64,000 nt of DNA. Source: Thainema sp. GTDB lineage: Bacteria; Cyanobacteriota; Cyanobacteriia; Phormidesmidales; Phormidesmidaceae. Numbering within the stretch: position 1 is the stretch's first letter; each line of letters begins with the position of its first letter. A program made the position numbers and the translations under genes. This document shows, in pieces, positions 10,921 through 21,136 of this stretch. Where the stretch lies: positions 44,515 to 108,514 of the forward strand of contig JBQLZK010000017.1 of NCBI GenBank assembly GCA_052168235.1, written 5' to 3'. The notes under the pieces are model-generated. The model was not told the DNA's origin. It searched no databases and worked only from the letters and a program-made list of their open reading frames with translations.

Positions 10921-11185
10921 AACCGGATCGGCTGAAAGAGAAGGAACACTCTACTCGCTGTTCTTGAGCCATGTCCCGATCTCATTCACATGTGCAGGGT
11001 TAAGGTCTAGATGATCGGGAGCCGGATGCGGGGAAACTCGCACGTCCGAATCTATAGTGATTCCAGTTAAGAGTGAGAGAACGAGAGAGGAGAGTGCCTC
11101 AGGATGAGGCACTCTCCTCTCTCGTTCTTATTTAGAACCGCTATAACAGGGAAGGACGCTGGGTAATACCAGCCCTTGACTCTAC
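10921..11185 (+). mobile_element. Group II intron 3' remnant (decayed HNH coding end, domain V, domain VI) interrupted by a MITE
   Basis: DV GAGCCGGATGCGGGGAAACTCGCACGTCCGAATC at 11019-11052; DVI-like GGGAAGGACGCTGG-GTAATA-CCAGCCCTTGACTCTAC ending 11185; upstream frame NRIG*KRRNTLLAVLEPCPDLIHMCRVKV*. Confidence 0.85.
11053..11145. mobile_element. MITE-like element with imperfect TIRs and an internal perfect hairpin
   Basis: Ends TATAGTGATTCCA / TAGAACCGCTATA; internal AGAACGAGAGAGGAGAGTGCCTCA-GGA-TGAGGCACTCTCCTCTCTCGTTCT; TA at both ends. Confidence 0.75.
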
Positions 11186-11251
11186 CAGATGGGTAGGAGG
11201 GTGTTGGGTTCGGGATCCTAGGTATTGGGTAGTGGGTACTGGGTACTGGGT

Positions 11252-12967
11252 CTAAGGCTGTGGGTTGAGTTGGAGAGCGGCGGTGAGGGCGGCTTGGTGG
11301 ACTTGTTGCCAGGGGATTTGGTGTTGATGTGCGATCGCAGCGCAGTCTTCATATTCTGGCTGGAGATTGAGAATTGGACTACCGGGTTGCCGCTGGGCCA
11401 TTTTTACTCGTACCGTACCATAATCAGTCTCGACCGTTTGCCAAAAGCGATGGAGTACGGTGCGCTGCTGGGTGGTTCGGCGAATGCCGAGCGTAGTCGT
11501 TTCAGCGAAGATCACCTGTTCACAGGCTTGCACGTGATCCGGTGGGCAAATCACAGAAAGCAAGATGCCAGGGCGGGATTTTTTCATGCCGATCGCCTGG
11601 GTGAACACGTCTAGGGCTCCGATTTGGAATAGCTTGTCGTAAATGTAGCCAATGGCTTGGGGATTGAGGTCGTCGAGTTGGGTTTGGAGGAGAGTGATGG
11701 TGTCGGTGGGGGAAGGGTGAGGGGTGAAGAGTGAGGAGGGAGGAGTAGATGGGTGAGTGGGTGGATGGGTAGATGAGGGAGAGGAGGAGGAGTGGGTGAT
11801 TGATGGTTGATGGGGGGAGGGGCGAGAAGGAGAGGGGGAGAGAGGAGTAGATGGGTGAGTGGGTGTATGGGTGGATGAGTGGATGGGGTGGGTGTGGAGA
11901 GTGGTGTGGGTATTTTTAGCGGTAACGGTAGGGGTATTAGGGGTGATGCCGAGCCAGAGGCGAACCATATTGGGAATGGGGAGAGTGCGGGTACCTGCGC
12001 CGAGGCCGATTTTTTGCAGGGTCATGGGGGGTGGATCGCCGAAGTGAGTTGCGATCGCAGTGACAATGGCAGCTCCAGTGGGTGTGACCAGTTCGCGCTG
12101 GATACCGTTGCTGTAGATGGGAATTTGTCTAAGCTCATAGAGCTTTAGAACAGCCGGTGTGGGGACAGGTAGAATGCCGTGAGCTGCCCGGACAGTGCCG
12201 CCTCCTGTGGGCAGGGGAGAGCAGTACAGCTCGTCAATGCCGAGCCAGTCAAGGCCCAGGCAGGTGCCGACAATATCGACTATGGCATCGGTTGCGCCGA
12301 CTTCGTGAAAGTGGACTTGGTCGGGCGTGACGCCATGAACAGCGGCTTCGGCTTCAGCCAGCTTACGAAAAACGGCTAAGCTCCAAGCAGTAGCGCGAGG
12401 TGGCAGTTGGGCGGATTGGATGAGGTGTTCGATTTCGGGCAGGTGGCGGGTATGGGGGTGAGAGTGAGGTGTGAGGAGTGGGGGAGTGGGGGAGTGGGTG
12501 GATGGATGTCCGTGGGCATGATTGTGTGGATGAGGGTGTGAGTGGGGGTGAGGATGTGGGGGTGCGATCGCAGCCGAGTCACTACCATTCCCAGAATCAT
12601 GAACCTGTCTACGAGCCTGATCATGCGAGCGATCATGCTCACCCTGCTCACCATCAGAGCCTTTACTGTTAACTAATCCACCATCAACGCCTTTCCTATC
12701 AACTCCCTCAACTTTCCCCTCTCCAAACCCCACCGACTCATACAGCTCAAACGGCTGCTCTGCCTGTAGCAACTTGACCTTGACTTTGGTGGCAACCAAC
12801 CCATTGTGATGAACGGTTTCGAGCATCAGCTCATACTCGTCGTTTAGTCCGAGTTGTTTGAGCTGCTGGCTGAGATAGTCGAACGGGACTCCGGCATGAA
12901 CGAGTGCTCCCAAGCACATGTCTCCGGCCAAACCCGATGGACAGTCTAAATAGGCAATTTTCTTCAT
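11252..12967 (-). CDS. larC: Nickel insertion protein LarC (nickel-pincer cofactor) with His/Pro-rich low-complexity inserts
   Basis: [66 protein letters not shown]. Confidence 0.93.
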   Translation of the reverse strand: MKKIAYLDCPSGLAGDMCLGALVHAGVPFDYLSQQLKQLGLNDEYELMLETVHHNGLVATKVKVKLLQAEQPFELYESVGFGEGKVEGVDRKGVDGGLVNSKGSDGEQGEHDRSHDQARRQVHDSGNGSDSAAIAPPHPHPHSHPHPHNHAHGHPSTHSPTPPLLTPHSHPHTRHLPEIEHLIQSAQLPPRATAWSLAVFRKLAEAEAAVHGVTPDQVHFHEVGATDAIVDIVGTCLGLDWLGIDELYCSPLPTGGGTVRAAHGILPVPTPAVLKLYELRQIPIYSNGIQRELVTPTGAAIVTAIATHFGDPPPMTLQKIGLGAGTRTLPIPNMVRLWLGITPNTPTVTAKNTHTTLHTHPIHSSTHTPTHPSTPLSPSPSRPSPHQPSITHSSSSPSSTHPPTHPSTPPSSLFTPHPSPTDTITLLQTQLDDLNPQAIGYIYDKLFQIGALDVFTQAIGMKKSRPGILLSVICPPDHVQACEQVIFAETTTLGIRRTTQQRTVLHRFWQTVETDYGTVRVKMAQRQPGSPILNLQPEYEDCAAIAHQHQIPWQQVHQAALTAALQLNPQP

Positions 12968-13121
12968 AAAAAACCAGTCATCCTTGGTTCTAGGATGTCA
13001 CACTATAGGAAGGTGGAGAGTTGAAAACGGGATTAGCACAATCTTTAGCAGCGCGGCTAATACGCCACAATGACGAGCTGCACCGGCGGGCTAATTCCGA
13101 TAACGATAGTGAGGGGGACTC

Positions 13122-13793
13122 ATGGCTACCATTTACGAAATTCATCCGGATACGCCACAATATCGCCGAATAGAGGAGATAAAAGCAGCATTGCGAGATG
13201 GTGCAATTATGCTGTATCCAACGGATACAGTGTATGCCATTGGTTGTGATCTTAATTCTAAAACGGCAGTCAAGCGGGTTCGCTGGATTAAGCAAATGTC
13301 AAACGATAAACCGTTGACGTTTTTGTGCTCATCCCTCTCGAACATTGCCGATTTTGCCGTGGTCAGCGATCCAGCTTACCGTCTTGTCAAGCGCTTAATC
13401 CCTGGCCCCTACACGTTTTTATTGCCCGCGACGAAAGAAGTCCCCCGGCTCGTCATGAGCCCCAAGCGACGCACAACGGGTATCCGCGTACCGGATAATT
13501 CGATTTGTCAGTCGCTGCTTGACGCGTTGGGTAATCCGGTCATTTCCACATCTGCCCTATCTGCTGGATTTCCGGATTTAGACAATTTTGAGATTAGTAA
13601 AAAGTCTCCGGCTGCCCTATTCGATCAACTGGATAGTTTAGTTGACATCATCGTAGACAATGGTTCATCAACGCTGACGACCAAAGTGTCTACAGTAGTG
13701 GACTTGACCACCATGCAGCCACAAATTATCCGTCAAGGATTAGGTTGGAGGGCTGCGTTGGAATGGGGAGCGGAGTCTTTGCAAACCAGTTAA
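13122..13793 (+). CDS. Sua5/YciO/YrdC family protein (L-threonylcarbamoyladenylate synthase-like)
   Basis: YPTDTVYAIGC, LIPGPYTFLL, TTGIRVPD, ISTSA, STVVDL. Confidence 0.9.
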   Translation: MATIYEIHPDTPQYRRIEEIKAALRDGAIMLYPTDTVYAIGCDLNSKTAVKRVRWIKQMSNDKPLTFLCSSLSNIADFAVVSDPAYRLVKRLIPGPYTFLLPATKEVPRLVMSPKRRTTGIRVPDNSICQSLLDALGNPVISTSALSAGFPDLDNFEISKKSPAALFDQLDSLVDIIVDNGSSTLTTKVSTVVDLTTMQPQIIRQGLGWRAALEWGAESLQTS

Positions 13794-14074
13794 AAGACTG
13801 TCCTAGACTTTACGGAATCAAAATCCGCGATCGCAGCCTCAACCTGCCCCCTCTGATTAGGCTCAAACCCTTTAGCAGTGAACGCTATCGTGATTCTTCA
13901 TCGACAGCACTTCGTCTCCGTAGAAAACTGGACGACGCCGATGTGACAGTTGGGTTGGAATAGTGACACAGGGTTGATCAAGATCGGGGGTGGATTTCCC
14001 TACAGTCGGTACAGAACGTTCGGGAAACGGGTCAACTGGCCTGTTTGACCGTGTGCATCACCAAAGAGTTTGCC

Positions 14075-15379
14075 ATGAATATCCAGCCTACTTGTTCTGC
14101 TACCCGCACCCACATTTGCGATCGCGATCCTGCTCCTACTGAGGAAATCTCTGACTGTGTTCAGTCTACTCCTCCTAATTCCAGGCTGCTTCAGTTTATT
14201 CAGGATGAATTGGCTCAGCAAATTCACCAAATTAACCTCTCTGCGGTGAAGTCCACCGAGCAATCAGCGGCCTCACCTCCAATCAAGCCTCTATCTCCGC
14301 CTCGCCTCGCCGTGGCCCATCGGATTGCCACCGAAGTCGAGCGAATTTGTCAAAAAAGCGATCGCATCCAGCGCTCTCAAGATCCGTTTGCTTGGCAAAT
14401 CACGCTAGCTCGACATCGCATCAAGAAGTGCCTAGACTACTATCGGCTCGGCTCCCAGCAGGGACGGGTTGAACTGCACAGCTATCTCAGTTCTATCGTG
14501 TATCGCTATGTGGCACCTACGCAATCTCGCTTGGGCTTTCAGGGTCGCTGCGTGCTGCTGGATGACTTCCTGCAAGGGTTTTACATTGAGGCGCTCAAAG
14601 CCTTCCGCCGTGAATATCATCTGCCAGCCGACTACACACCGCGTTCTCGGTTGGAACTGGCCGAATACATGGCCTTTTGTGAGCACTATGCCAAGCGTAA
14701 AATTACGCTACCCGGACGCCGCAATCAGCAGTTAATCATTCTGCGGGCGCAAAATTTTGCCAATCGCCAACCGGAGGAAGCCAGCGTCGATCTGGAACTG
14801 GCTGTCGAATCTGCCCGTGAAGATGATGCTCAGGGACATGGTCGTTCTCAGGTGATCAACCAAATTCGGGAGCAAATGGTTTCCGATGCCGTTGATCCAA
14901 CCGAGCAGGTACTGCGCGATCGCGTTATTCAAGAACTGATTCGATATTTACAGGATCAAGATCAAACCGACTGCATTGACTACTTCGTCCTGAAGCTCCA
15001 GGACTTTGCAGCCGCTGAAATTGACGAAATTCTCGGTTTAACAGCTCGTGAACGCGACTACCTGCAGCAGCGGTTTAAGTATCATGTCGAGAAGTTTTCG
15101 CGATCGCACCAGTGGCAGCTCGTTCACCAGTGGATCGGCGCAGATGTTGATCAAAATCTTGGCCTATCGGAATCAGACTGGCAAACCTTCACGGCATCGC
15201 TGACAGCCTTCCAACAGCGACTGCTGGAGTTAAAAGCAGTTCAGTCTCAATCGGCGGATCGAGCCACTCCCACTGACACTGAAATCGCCAAAATTCTACG
15301 CTGTACGCCTAAACAGGTGCAGCGCCGCTGGATTAAACTGCTGGACTTAGCTTGGCAACACCGGAACGCCCAATCATAA
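14075..15379 (+). CDS. HetZ-related protein
   Basis: EVERICQKSDRIQ, YYRLGSQQGRVELHS, LELAEYMAFCEHYAKR, RERDYLQQRFKYHV resemble the cyanobacterial HetZ family; start uncertain. Confidence 0.75.
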   Translation: MNIQPTCSATRTHICDRDPAPTEEISDCVQSTPPNSRLLQFIQDELAQQIHQINLSAVKSTEQSAASPPIKPLSPPRLAVAHRIATEVERICQKSDRIQRSQDPFAWQITLARHRIKKCLDYYRLGSQQGRVELHSYLSSIVYRYVAPTQSRLGFQGRCVLLDDFLQGFYIEALKAFRREYHLPADYTPRSRLELAEYMAFCEHYAKRKITLPGRRNQQLIILRAQNFANRQPEEASVDLELAVESAREDDAQGHGRSQVINQIREQMVSDAVDPTEQVLRDRVIQELIRYLQDQDQTDCIDYFVLKLQDFAAAEIDEILGLTARERDYLQQRFKYHVEKFSRSHQWQLVHQWIGADVDQNLGLSESDWQTFTASLTAFQQRLLELKAVQSQSADRATPTDTEIAKILRCTPKQVQRRWIKLLDLAWQHRNAQS

Positions 15380-15397
15380 ACCGCGTCCGTCAACAAA

Positions 15398-15444
15398 CAA
15401 TGGAGTGTGAAAGGCTTGCGGCACAAGCCTTTCACACTCCATTG
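15398..15444. terminator. Long hairpin between convergent genes
   Basis: CAATGGAGTGTGAAAGGCTTG / CAAGCCTTTCACACTCCATTG, 21-bp perfect arms. Confidence 0.7.
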
Positions 15445-15458
15445 GCTAGCATATCTGA

Positions 15459-16175
15459 CTAGCTATTTTCGTCATCTAGTTCCGGTGGCTCAAACTTATA
15501 GCCAACACCCCGCACCGTTTGAATAAGTGCAGGCTGTTCTGTACTGCGCTCAATCTTTTTCCGAATTTGACCAATGTGGACATCTACCACACGCTGATCG
15601 CCCACATATTCGTAGTCCCAAACTTTTTGAATCAACTCGGCTCGCCGCCAAACGCGACCGGGGTGGCTGGCAAGAAAGTGAAGTAAATCAAACTCTAGTG
15701 CCGTTAACAGGACGGGCTCTTCGGCCAAAGTGACTTCTCGGCGAACCGGATCAATGACCAACTGTTCAAACTGAAGCCGCTGCTGTTCCGCTGTAGTGAC
15801 GGGTCGCTGCCGCTTAAGAATAGCACCTACTCTTACCTCTAGTTCGCTAAGGCTAAACGGCTTGGTGATGTAGTCATCGGCTCCCTGCGCAAAACCGCGA
15901 ATCTTATCCGCCTCGTCGGCACGGCTCGTCAACATGAGAACAAATACGCCCGTGCGTCCCTGCATCTCTTCACAGAGACTGTATCCGGTTGCATCAGGTA
16001 AGTTAACGTCCAAAACAACCAAGTCAGGATTGAAATCCTCGAACACAGCAAGTGCGCTTTTACCATCTTCTGCGGATTCCATCTCATATCCCTGCTTTGC
16101 AAGAAAGCGATGGATTAAATTCCGAATCGCAGGATCATCATCAACAACTAGTATTTTGGCGGGAGCCGTAGCCAT
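15459..16175 (-). CDS. OmpR-family response regulator
   Basis: ILVVDDD, LDVNLP, DDYITKPF receiver; LTALEFDLL, RVVDVHIGQIRKKI, TVRGVGYKF winged helix. Confidence 0.95.
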   Translation of the reverse strand: MATAPAKILVVDDDPAIRNLIHRFLAKQGYEMESAEDGKSALAVFEDFNPDLVVLDVNLPDATGYSLCEEMQGRTGVFVLMLTSRADEADKIRGFAQGADDYITKPFSLSELEVRVGAILKRQRPVTTAEQQRLQFEQLVIDPVRREVTLAEEPVLLTALEFDLLHFLASHPGRVWRRAELIQKVWDYEYVGDQRVVDVHIGQIRKKIERSTEQPALIQTVRGVGYKFEPPELDDENS

Positions 16176-16812
16176 AACTTTTCGTGACTGATTGCATGAA
16201 CAGTGGGCAAAGTTAAAAATGAAGCACCTAATTATACCGCTAGGCTATTTATAGCAAAGCTAACCCTGTTATAAACCAGTTCAGAAGAATTACCCACCCA
16301 CTTTTAAGAAAATTCTGTGAAATGAGCGGATAAAGCTTGAATATAGCTTAGCTAGCAACCGATTGAGGTCGAACATCAAGGTTGAAGCCAGCCAATTCAG
16401 CATCAAAATATTAAATCCGACAGTCAAGCCCAACTTTATTCTATGTGAAAGACGCACCTTTATGTGAAAGACGTACCTTGCATACATTTCATAAAAAATT
16501 GTAGATCTCTATAAAGTCAGATTGCCGATCGCTCACATCGAGCATCAGATTTTGAAGAGAGTACTGTGCTAGCATGATGCGGCGGCAAAATTATGGACTT
16601 CAGATTTCAGTTTCACGAAGTTCGATTTGACAAGCTGCGGTTTATAAGCTGTGGAATGGGAGTATCATCGTAATCCGTCTCAGCTTAAACTTATCAGTCT
16701 CAAGTGTGAATCCTCGTAAGTTTTCACGGATTTTAGTTTTCGATTCTGAGCTTCGCTAGTTACACTTGATGATAAACGAGGGCTGCTGGCAGCAAATGCT
16801 TGGAGGTTTTGA

Positions 16813-17424
16813 ATGAGCGAGCAAAATCCTTACGATACGTTGGGAATCACAGAGGCCGCATCATTTGATGAGATTCAAGAGGCACGGAATCGACTGACTC
16901 AACAACACGAAAGCGACCTTAAGCAGGTCGAAACAATTGAAGCTGCCTACGATGCTATCTTGATGGAGCGGTTGCGGCTTCGCCAAGAGGGCAAGATTAA
17001 GGTACCCGATCGGATTCGGTTTCCGGAAGAGTCCACTACCCAGTCAGCCCCAGCAAAAATTGCCTCAGTCATCCCAGATAACCCGCCCAACTGGTTGCAG
17101 GGCTTTTTGGATAATCCCAGCCGGGAAGAAATTCTATGGCCTGCTCTGGCCTTTCTCTGCTTGGGATTGCTGGGCTTCTACTACACGTCTTTTGCCCTTG
17201 CACTCAGTGCTGGCTTTAATATCTATTTTCTTAATCGCAAAGAGAAGCGCTTTGTCCGCGCGGTGTTGCTAACGGTGGTCGGTCTGATCATTGGAATTGT
17301 CGCTGGCCTACAGGTGGGTAACTTGCTCACTCCTCAAGGCGCTGCGTTTGCCATTGACCCCAATAGTTCTGCTGCGGCCTTTACCTGCTTCCTTTTCTGG
17401 CTGATAAGCAGTTTTCTACGTTAA
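16813..17424 (+). CDS. CPP1-like (DUF3353) J-like membrane protein
   Basis: NPYDTLGI..ASFDEIQ..IEAAYDAILMERLRLRQEGKIKVPDRIRFPE plus C-terminal TM helices. Confidence 0.85.
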   Translation: MSEQNPYDTLGITEAASFDEIQEARNRLTQQHESDLKQVETIEAAYDAILMERLRLRQEGKIKVPDRIRFPEESTTQSAPAKIASVIPDNPPNWLQGFLDNPSREEILWPALAFLCLGLLGFYYTSFALALSAGFNIYFLNRKEKRFVRAVLLTVVGLIIGIVAGLQVGNLLTPQGAAFAIDPNSSAAAFTCFLFWLISSFLR

Positions 17425-17524
17425 CTGGTATCATCCAGACTCACCATAACGATACTTTTGCTGTGTTCAGAGGGAATTCTTGAGACAGCAACTTAATGAG
17501 GCTCAGTGTAGAGCCGGTATTGTT

Positions 17525-18013
17525 ATGAGTGAACAGGACAATAACAGTAAGAAAACAAATAAGCTGGGGTTGGCGCTCGGCTTGGGTTGCGGGATTCCCT
17601 TGGGACTGATCGTTCTGTTGTTTACTGGGGCAATTGTTTATTTCTCAATGGGGCCAGAGGGCGGCGTACGATTGGCGAACAACATGGAAGATTATGCCTT
17701 AGAGTACATCGACGATCAGAATTTACTGACAGACAACGAAAAAGTGATTGCCTATTATGATGCCACGATATCTTTGAATGGCTCTGAAGCTGCAATTTTA
17801 ACGGATTCTCGCCTGATCTATCACAAAAGCGATCGCAATACAGAAATGGCCCTGGCCGATATCAAATCTATCGATACGGAAAGCGACGGCATCGGCGGCA
17901 ATATTATTCAAGTCGAATCTGTAAATGGTGATCTGATGGTCATCCAAATTGCTGCCTTCAATCAAGGCGACCTGTTTATTAAAGCTCTGCAAACTAAAAT
18001 TGCGAATGAGTGA
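17525..18013 (+). CDS. Hypothetical membrane-anchored protein (possible bacterial PH-like domain)
   Basis: N-terminal TM helix; AAILTDSRLIY segment. Confidence 0.65.
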   Translation: MSEQDNNSKKTNKLGLALGLGCGIPLGLIVLLFTGAIVYFSMGPEGGVRLANNMEDYALEYIDDQNLLTDNEKVIAYYDATISLNGSEAAILTDSRLIYHKSDRNTEMALADIKSIDTESDGIGGNIIQVESVNGDLMVIQIAAFNQGDLFIKALQTKIANE

Positions 18014-18035
18014 GCTTTTGTGGCTTTGTTTTCTC

Positions 18036-18581
18036 TCAATCTACACAAGCTGTCTGCACAAAGGGTAGAAAATGCTCCAGATCAGGTGTTTTTAGCTTTG
18101 GCTGCTTAGCTAAATCGTCCCAGCGGCGTAGGTGTACAGCATCTTGAGCATAGGATTGTTGAATAAAGGCGATGGCTTCAGCCTCTGAAAAAACGCCGCC
18201 CTGAAGTTCAAGACTCCGCTTTGAGGCTGGCGAGAGAGAATCCCAGTAGCTTTCATCCACGGCACACAGATACCGTTTGGCGGCAACATGTAGCTTGATG
18301 GGGGTCGTAACCGCAGATGGGAAGCAGGTTTCCAGGACTGGTATGGCGCGGTATTCGTGGCGATCGTCAATGCCTCGAACCGCAACATCTTCACCCAAGT
18401 GATGCACGAGATGGCCCAGATCGTGCAAGAGACAAGCGGTAATCAGTTCCGGTGATGCACCTGTTTGTTCTGCCAAGGCGGCGCACTGAAGTGCATGTTC
18501 AAGCTGGCTTACAGCTTCGCCGCCGTATTGGGATTGGCCGCGCTGGTGGTAGAGGTTGAGGATGGAGGAGAGGGTGGTCAT
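18036..18581 (-). CDS. phnZ: PhnZ-like HD-domain phosphonate oxygenase
   Basis: YGGEAVSQLEHALQCA, LLHDLGH, HVAAKRYLC, SLELQGG, LRRWDDLAK; last gene of the phn operon. Confidence 0.85.
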   Translation of the reverse strand: MTTLSSILNLYHQRGQSQYGGEAVSQLEHALQCAALAEQTGASPELITACLLHDLGHLVHHLGEDVAVRGIDDRHEYRAIPVLETCFPSAVTTPIKLHVAAKRYLCAVDESYWDSLSPASKRSLELQGGVFSEAEAIAFIQQSYAQDAVHLRRWDDLAKQPKLKTPDLEHFLPFVQTACVD

Positions 18582-18754
18582 AAGAGGTGAGGAGTGAGGA
18601 GTGAGGAGTGAGAGGGTAAAAGGGTGAGGGGAGGTACTGGGTGTTAGGTATTGGGTATTGAGTTGATGGTTGGTGGTTGAGTTGATGGTGAATAGTGAGG
18701 AGGAGGAGGTGGTGGTGGTGGAGATAAGTTGGTAGTTAATGGAAGAGGTGGTGT

Positions 18755-19951
18755 TTAGGGTTGGCTGTAGCGGCTGGCTTCTTGGCCGTTGATGTAGACT
18801 GAGCGGATGGCGTTGGGTAGGGGATTTTGAGGGGTGAGCAAGAGAAAATCAGCGTCGTAGCCGGGGGCGATTTTGCCTTTGCCGCCGGATGAAGGATGAC
18901 TGGTGCGATCGCAGATTTTAGCGGCTTGGGCGGGATATTCAGAGACGCATTTCCAGGCTTGTTCAAAGGGCATCAGTCCTTTTTCAGCCAGTAGGAAAGG
19001 AGCGTGGAAGAGAGAGGGGTAGTGATAGTCGGAGCAAAGGCAGTCAAGCACTTGCGCCTGGGCTGCTTCAGCGACGCTCATGTAGCCGACATGGGAACCG
19101 CCCCGCACAAGATTTGGTGCGCCCATAAGTACTGCGGCACCGTAAGCACGGGATTGTTCAGCCAGTGCAACTGAGGCAGGAAATTCTGCGATCGCAACGC
19201 CACGTTCTTGGCTCTTGGCAACATCGGCTTCGGTTTCATCATCATGGGAAGCGACCGGAATGCCGAGTTGATGACAGCGCTGAACTAAATCTTCAAACTG
19301 GGCTAAACCCTCTTCCTGGCGGGGATAGGCGGATTTGATTAGGGAACGGATATCGGCTTCAGTCATCTTCAGCCGCTGGCGTAATCCCTTGGTGTAGCGC
19401 TGTAGTGTCTCGTGATCGAGTGAGGGTGGCAGATGGTTGTTGAGCGAGAGCAGGGTGACTTTACGGGTTTCGAGCCAGTCGCACAATTCGTCGTAATCCG
19501 CCGTATTAGCCTGTTCATGACGAATATGAACGCGGCTATCGACTCTTAAACCGCTGTCTGGTGCTGAAATGCGGCTAATCAGTTGACGTGCCATTTCTCG
19601 GCTGCGTAAACCGGGTTCAAACGAGTCAGTAATAGAGTAGAAGAAGGTCGTAATCCCTGCTCCCAGCAAGGCTTGATCGTTCTCAACTAGCGCCATATCT
19701 AGGGGTAAATTTACACCGGGACGTGGGCAGATCATCCGCTCAAAGGCATCACCGTGAATATCCACGATACCAGGTAGCAACTGCAAACCCGTCACATCAA
19801 CGCCGATGTAACCGCTGGGCTTCAGCGTTTGATCTACGGCTATAAATCTGCCGTCCTCAATGAGCACCGTTGCCGCTTCTAGCCATCCGTCAGGAGTCAG
19901 CACGGTTGCGCCTTGGAGAGCGAGTTTGGTAGGGGATGTGGGTTGTTTCAT
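18755..19951 (-). CDS. phnM: PhnM-like amidohydrolase (second, divergent copy)
   Basis: PGIVDIHGDAFER, ASHDD, IAEFP, MGAPNLVRGGSH, SDYH. Confidence 0.85.
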   Translation of the reverse strand: MKQPTSPTKLALQGATVLTPDGWLEAATVLIEDGRFIAVDQTLKPSGYIGVDVTGLQLLPGIVDIHGDAFERMICPRPGVNLPLDMALVENDQALLGAGITTFFYSITDSFEPGLRSREMARQLISRISAPDSGLRVDSRVHIRHEQANTADYDELCDWLETRKVTLLSLNNHLPPSLDHETLQRYTKGLRQRLKMTEADIRSLIKSAYPRQEEGLAQFEDLVQRCHQLGIPVASHDDETEADVAKSQERGVAIAEFPASVALAEQSRAYGAAVLMGAPNLVRGGSHVGYMSVAEAAQAQVLDCLCSDYHYPSLFHAPFLLAEKGLMPFEQAWKCVSEYPAQAAKICDRTSHPSSGGKGKIAPGYDADFLLLTPQNPLPNAIRSVYINGQEASRYSQP

Positions 19952-19965
19952 GTCTTGTGATCCGT

Positions 19966-21102
19966 TTAAGCAATTCGTTGACCTTGGCGTCTAACGGAGG
20001 TGAGGCGGGGGACAGCGCCATCATGGTGGATGGTGATAAAATCGGCGTGTTTGCCAACTTCGAGGCTACCGCGATCGCAGTCGAGGCCGATGGCTTTAGC
20101 GGGGTTTAAGGTAAAGAGCTGCATCGCTTCGTGTAAGGGCTTTTGCTGCCGTTGGGCGATCAGGAACATGGCCTGCACTAAGCTTTGGGGAACGTAATCA
20201 GAAGAGATAATATCGACCAGATTATATTCAACTAGCTCCATCGCTGAAACGTTGCCAGAGTGAGACTTCCCAAGAATTAGGTTGGGTGCTCCCATCAGCA
20301 CTTGTAGGCCGTGTGAATGCGCCTCCTTGGCGGCATCCAGCGTGGTGGGAAACTCTGCGATTTCGGCTCCGTCCTGTAGGGATTCCTGCACATGCTCCGG
20401 CGTGGCATCATCGTGACTCGCTAGGCAGATTTGATACTCCTGCGTTAAAGCGACGAGCTTGCGGCGGTTCTCGTCGGCATGGCGCTGCTGGGCTGCAATC
20501 CGCGCCTTGATAAAGCCGTCCATCTCATCGGCTCCTACGCCGTGCTTACCCTGATAATACTCTTTGTACTTGTCTACCTGGGCAAACTGCCGCTGGCCAG
20601 GGGTGTGATCCATCAGCGAAATCAGCGACAGTAGCGGATGATCCGCATAGGTTGCTGCCACGTCATGCACTTGCTCATACCCCAGTTCACAGCGGAGATG
20701 TAGCCGATGATCAACCGCAAATCGGCCTTCCGCTTGTCCTTGATCAATCGTGTCGATCATGGGGCCAAACTGGGTCATCCGCATTGACGTCGGCGTAATA
20801 TCCCCAACTGCGATCGCATCACAGACTGTTGTAATGCCAGCCGCTGCCAAATCGCGATCGTGGTAAACCGCTGCGATGTCCATTGGCCAACGAACTTTGG
20901 GTCGAGGCGATAACCGCTGTTCAAAGTTGTCGGTATGCAACTCAACTAAGCCTGGTAACAAATAATCTCCCTCGCCATTTTGCCCTTGGGAAACAGCACC
21001 GGGCTGGATATCTGCAATCCTGCCGTCTTGTACAACTAGCGTACCGAGAACCTCTTCATGCGGTAGCTGTAAGCGATAGTTCGTATAGATGGTTTCGGTC
21101 AT
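19966..21102 (-). CDS. phnM: Alpha-D-ribose 1-methylphosphonate 5-triphosphate diphosphatase
   Basis: PGLVELHTDN, HLRCE, MDHTPGQRQF, ASHDD, SHSGNVSA, SSDYVP. Confidence 0.95.
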   Translation of the reverse strand: MTETIYTNYRLQLPHEEVLGTLVVQDGRIADIQPGAVSQGQNGEGDYLLPGLVELHTDNFEQRLSPRPKVRWPMDIAAVYHDRDLAAAGITTVCDAIAVGDITPTSMRMTQFGPMIDTIDQGQAEGRFAVDHRLHLRCELGYEQVHDVAATYADHPLLSLISLMDHTPGQRQFAQVDKYKEYYQGKHGVGADEMDGFIKARIAAQQRHADENRRKLVALTQEYQICLASHDDATPEHVQESLQDGAEIAEFPTTLDAAKEAHSHGLQVLMGAPNLILGKSHSGNVSAMELVEYNLVDIISSDYVPQSLVQAMFLIAQRQQKPLHEAMQLFTLNPAKAIGLDCDRGSLEVGKHADFITIHHDGAVPRLTSVRRQGQRIA

Positions 21103-21136
21103 GATTAGGGAAGATTAGCTCTAGTAGTTCACTATT

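Noticed and set aside
15459..16175. Naming the regulator rpaA, rpaB or nrrA
   Set aside because: N-terminal sequence does not match those proteins as I recall them; left unnamed
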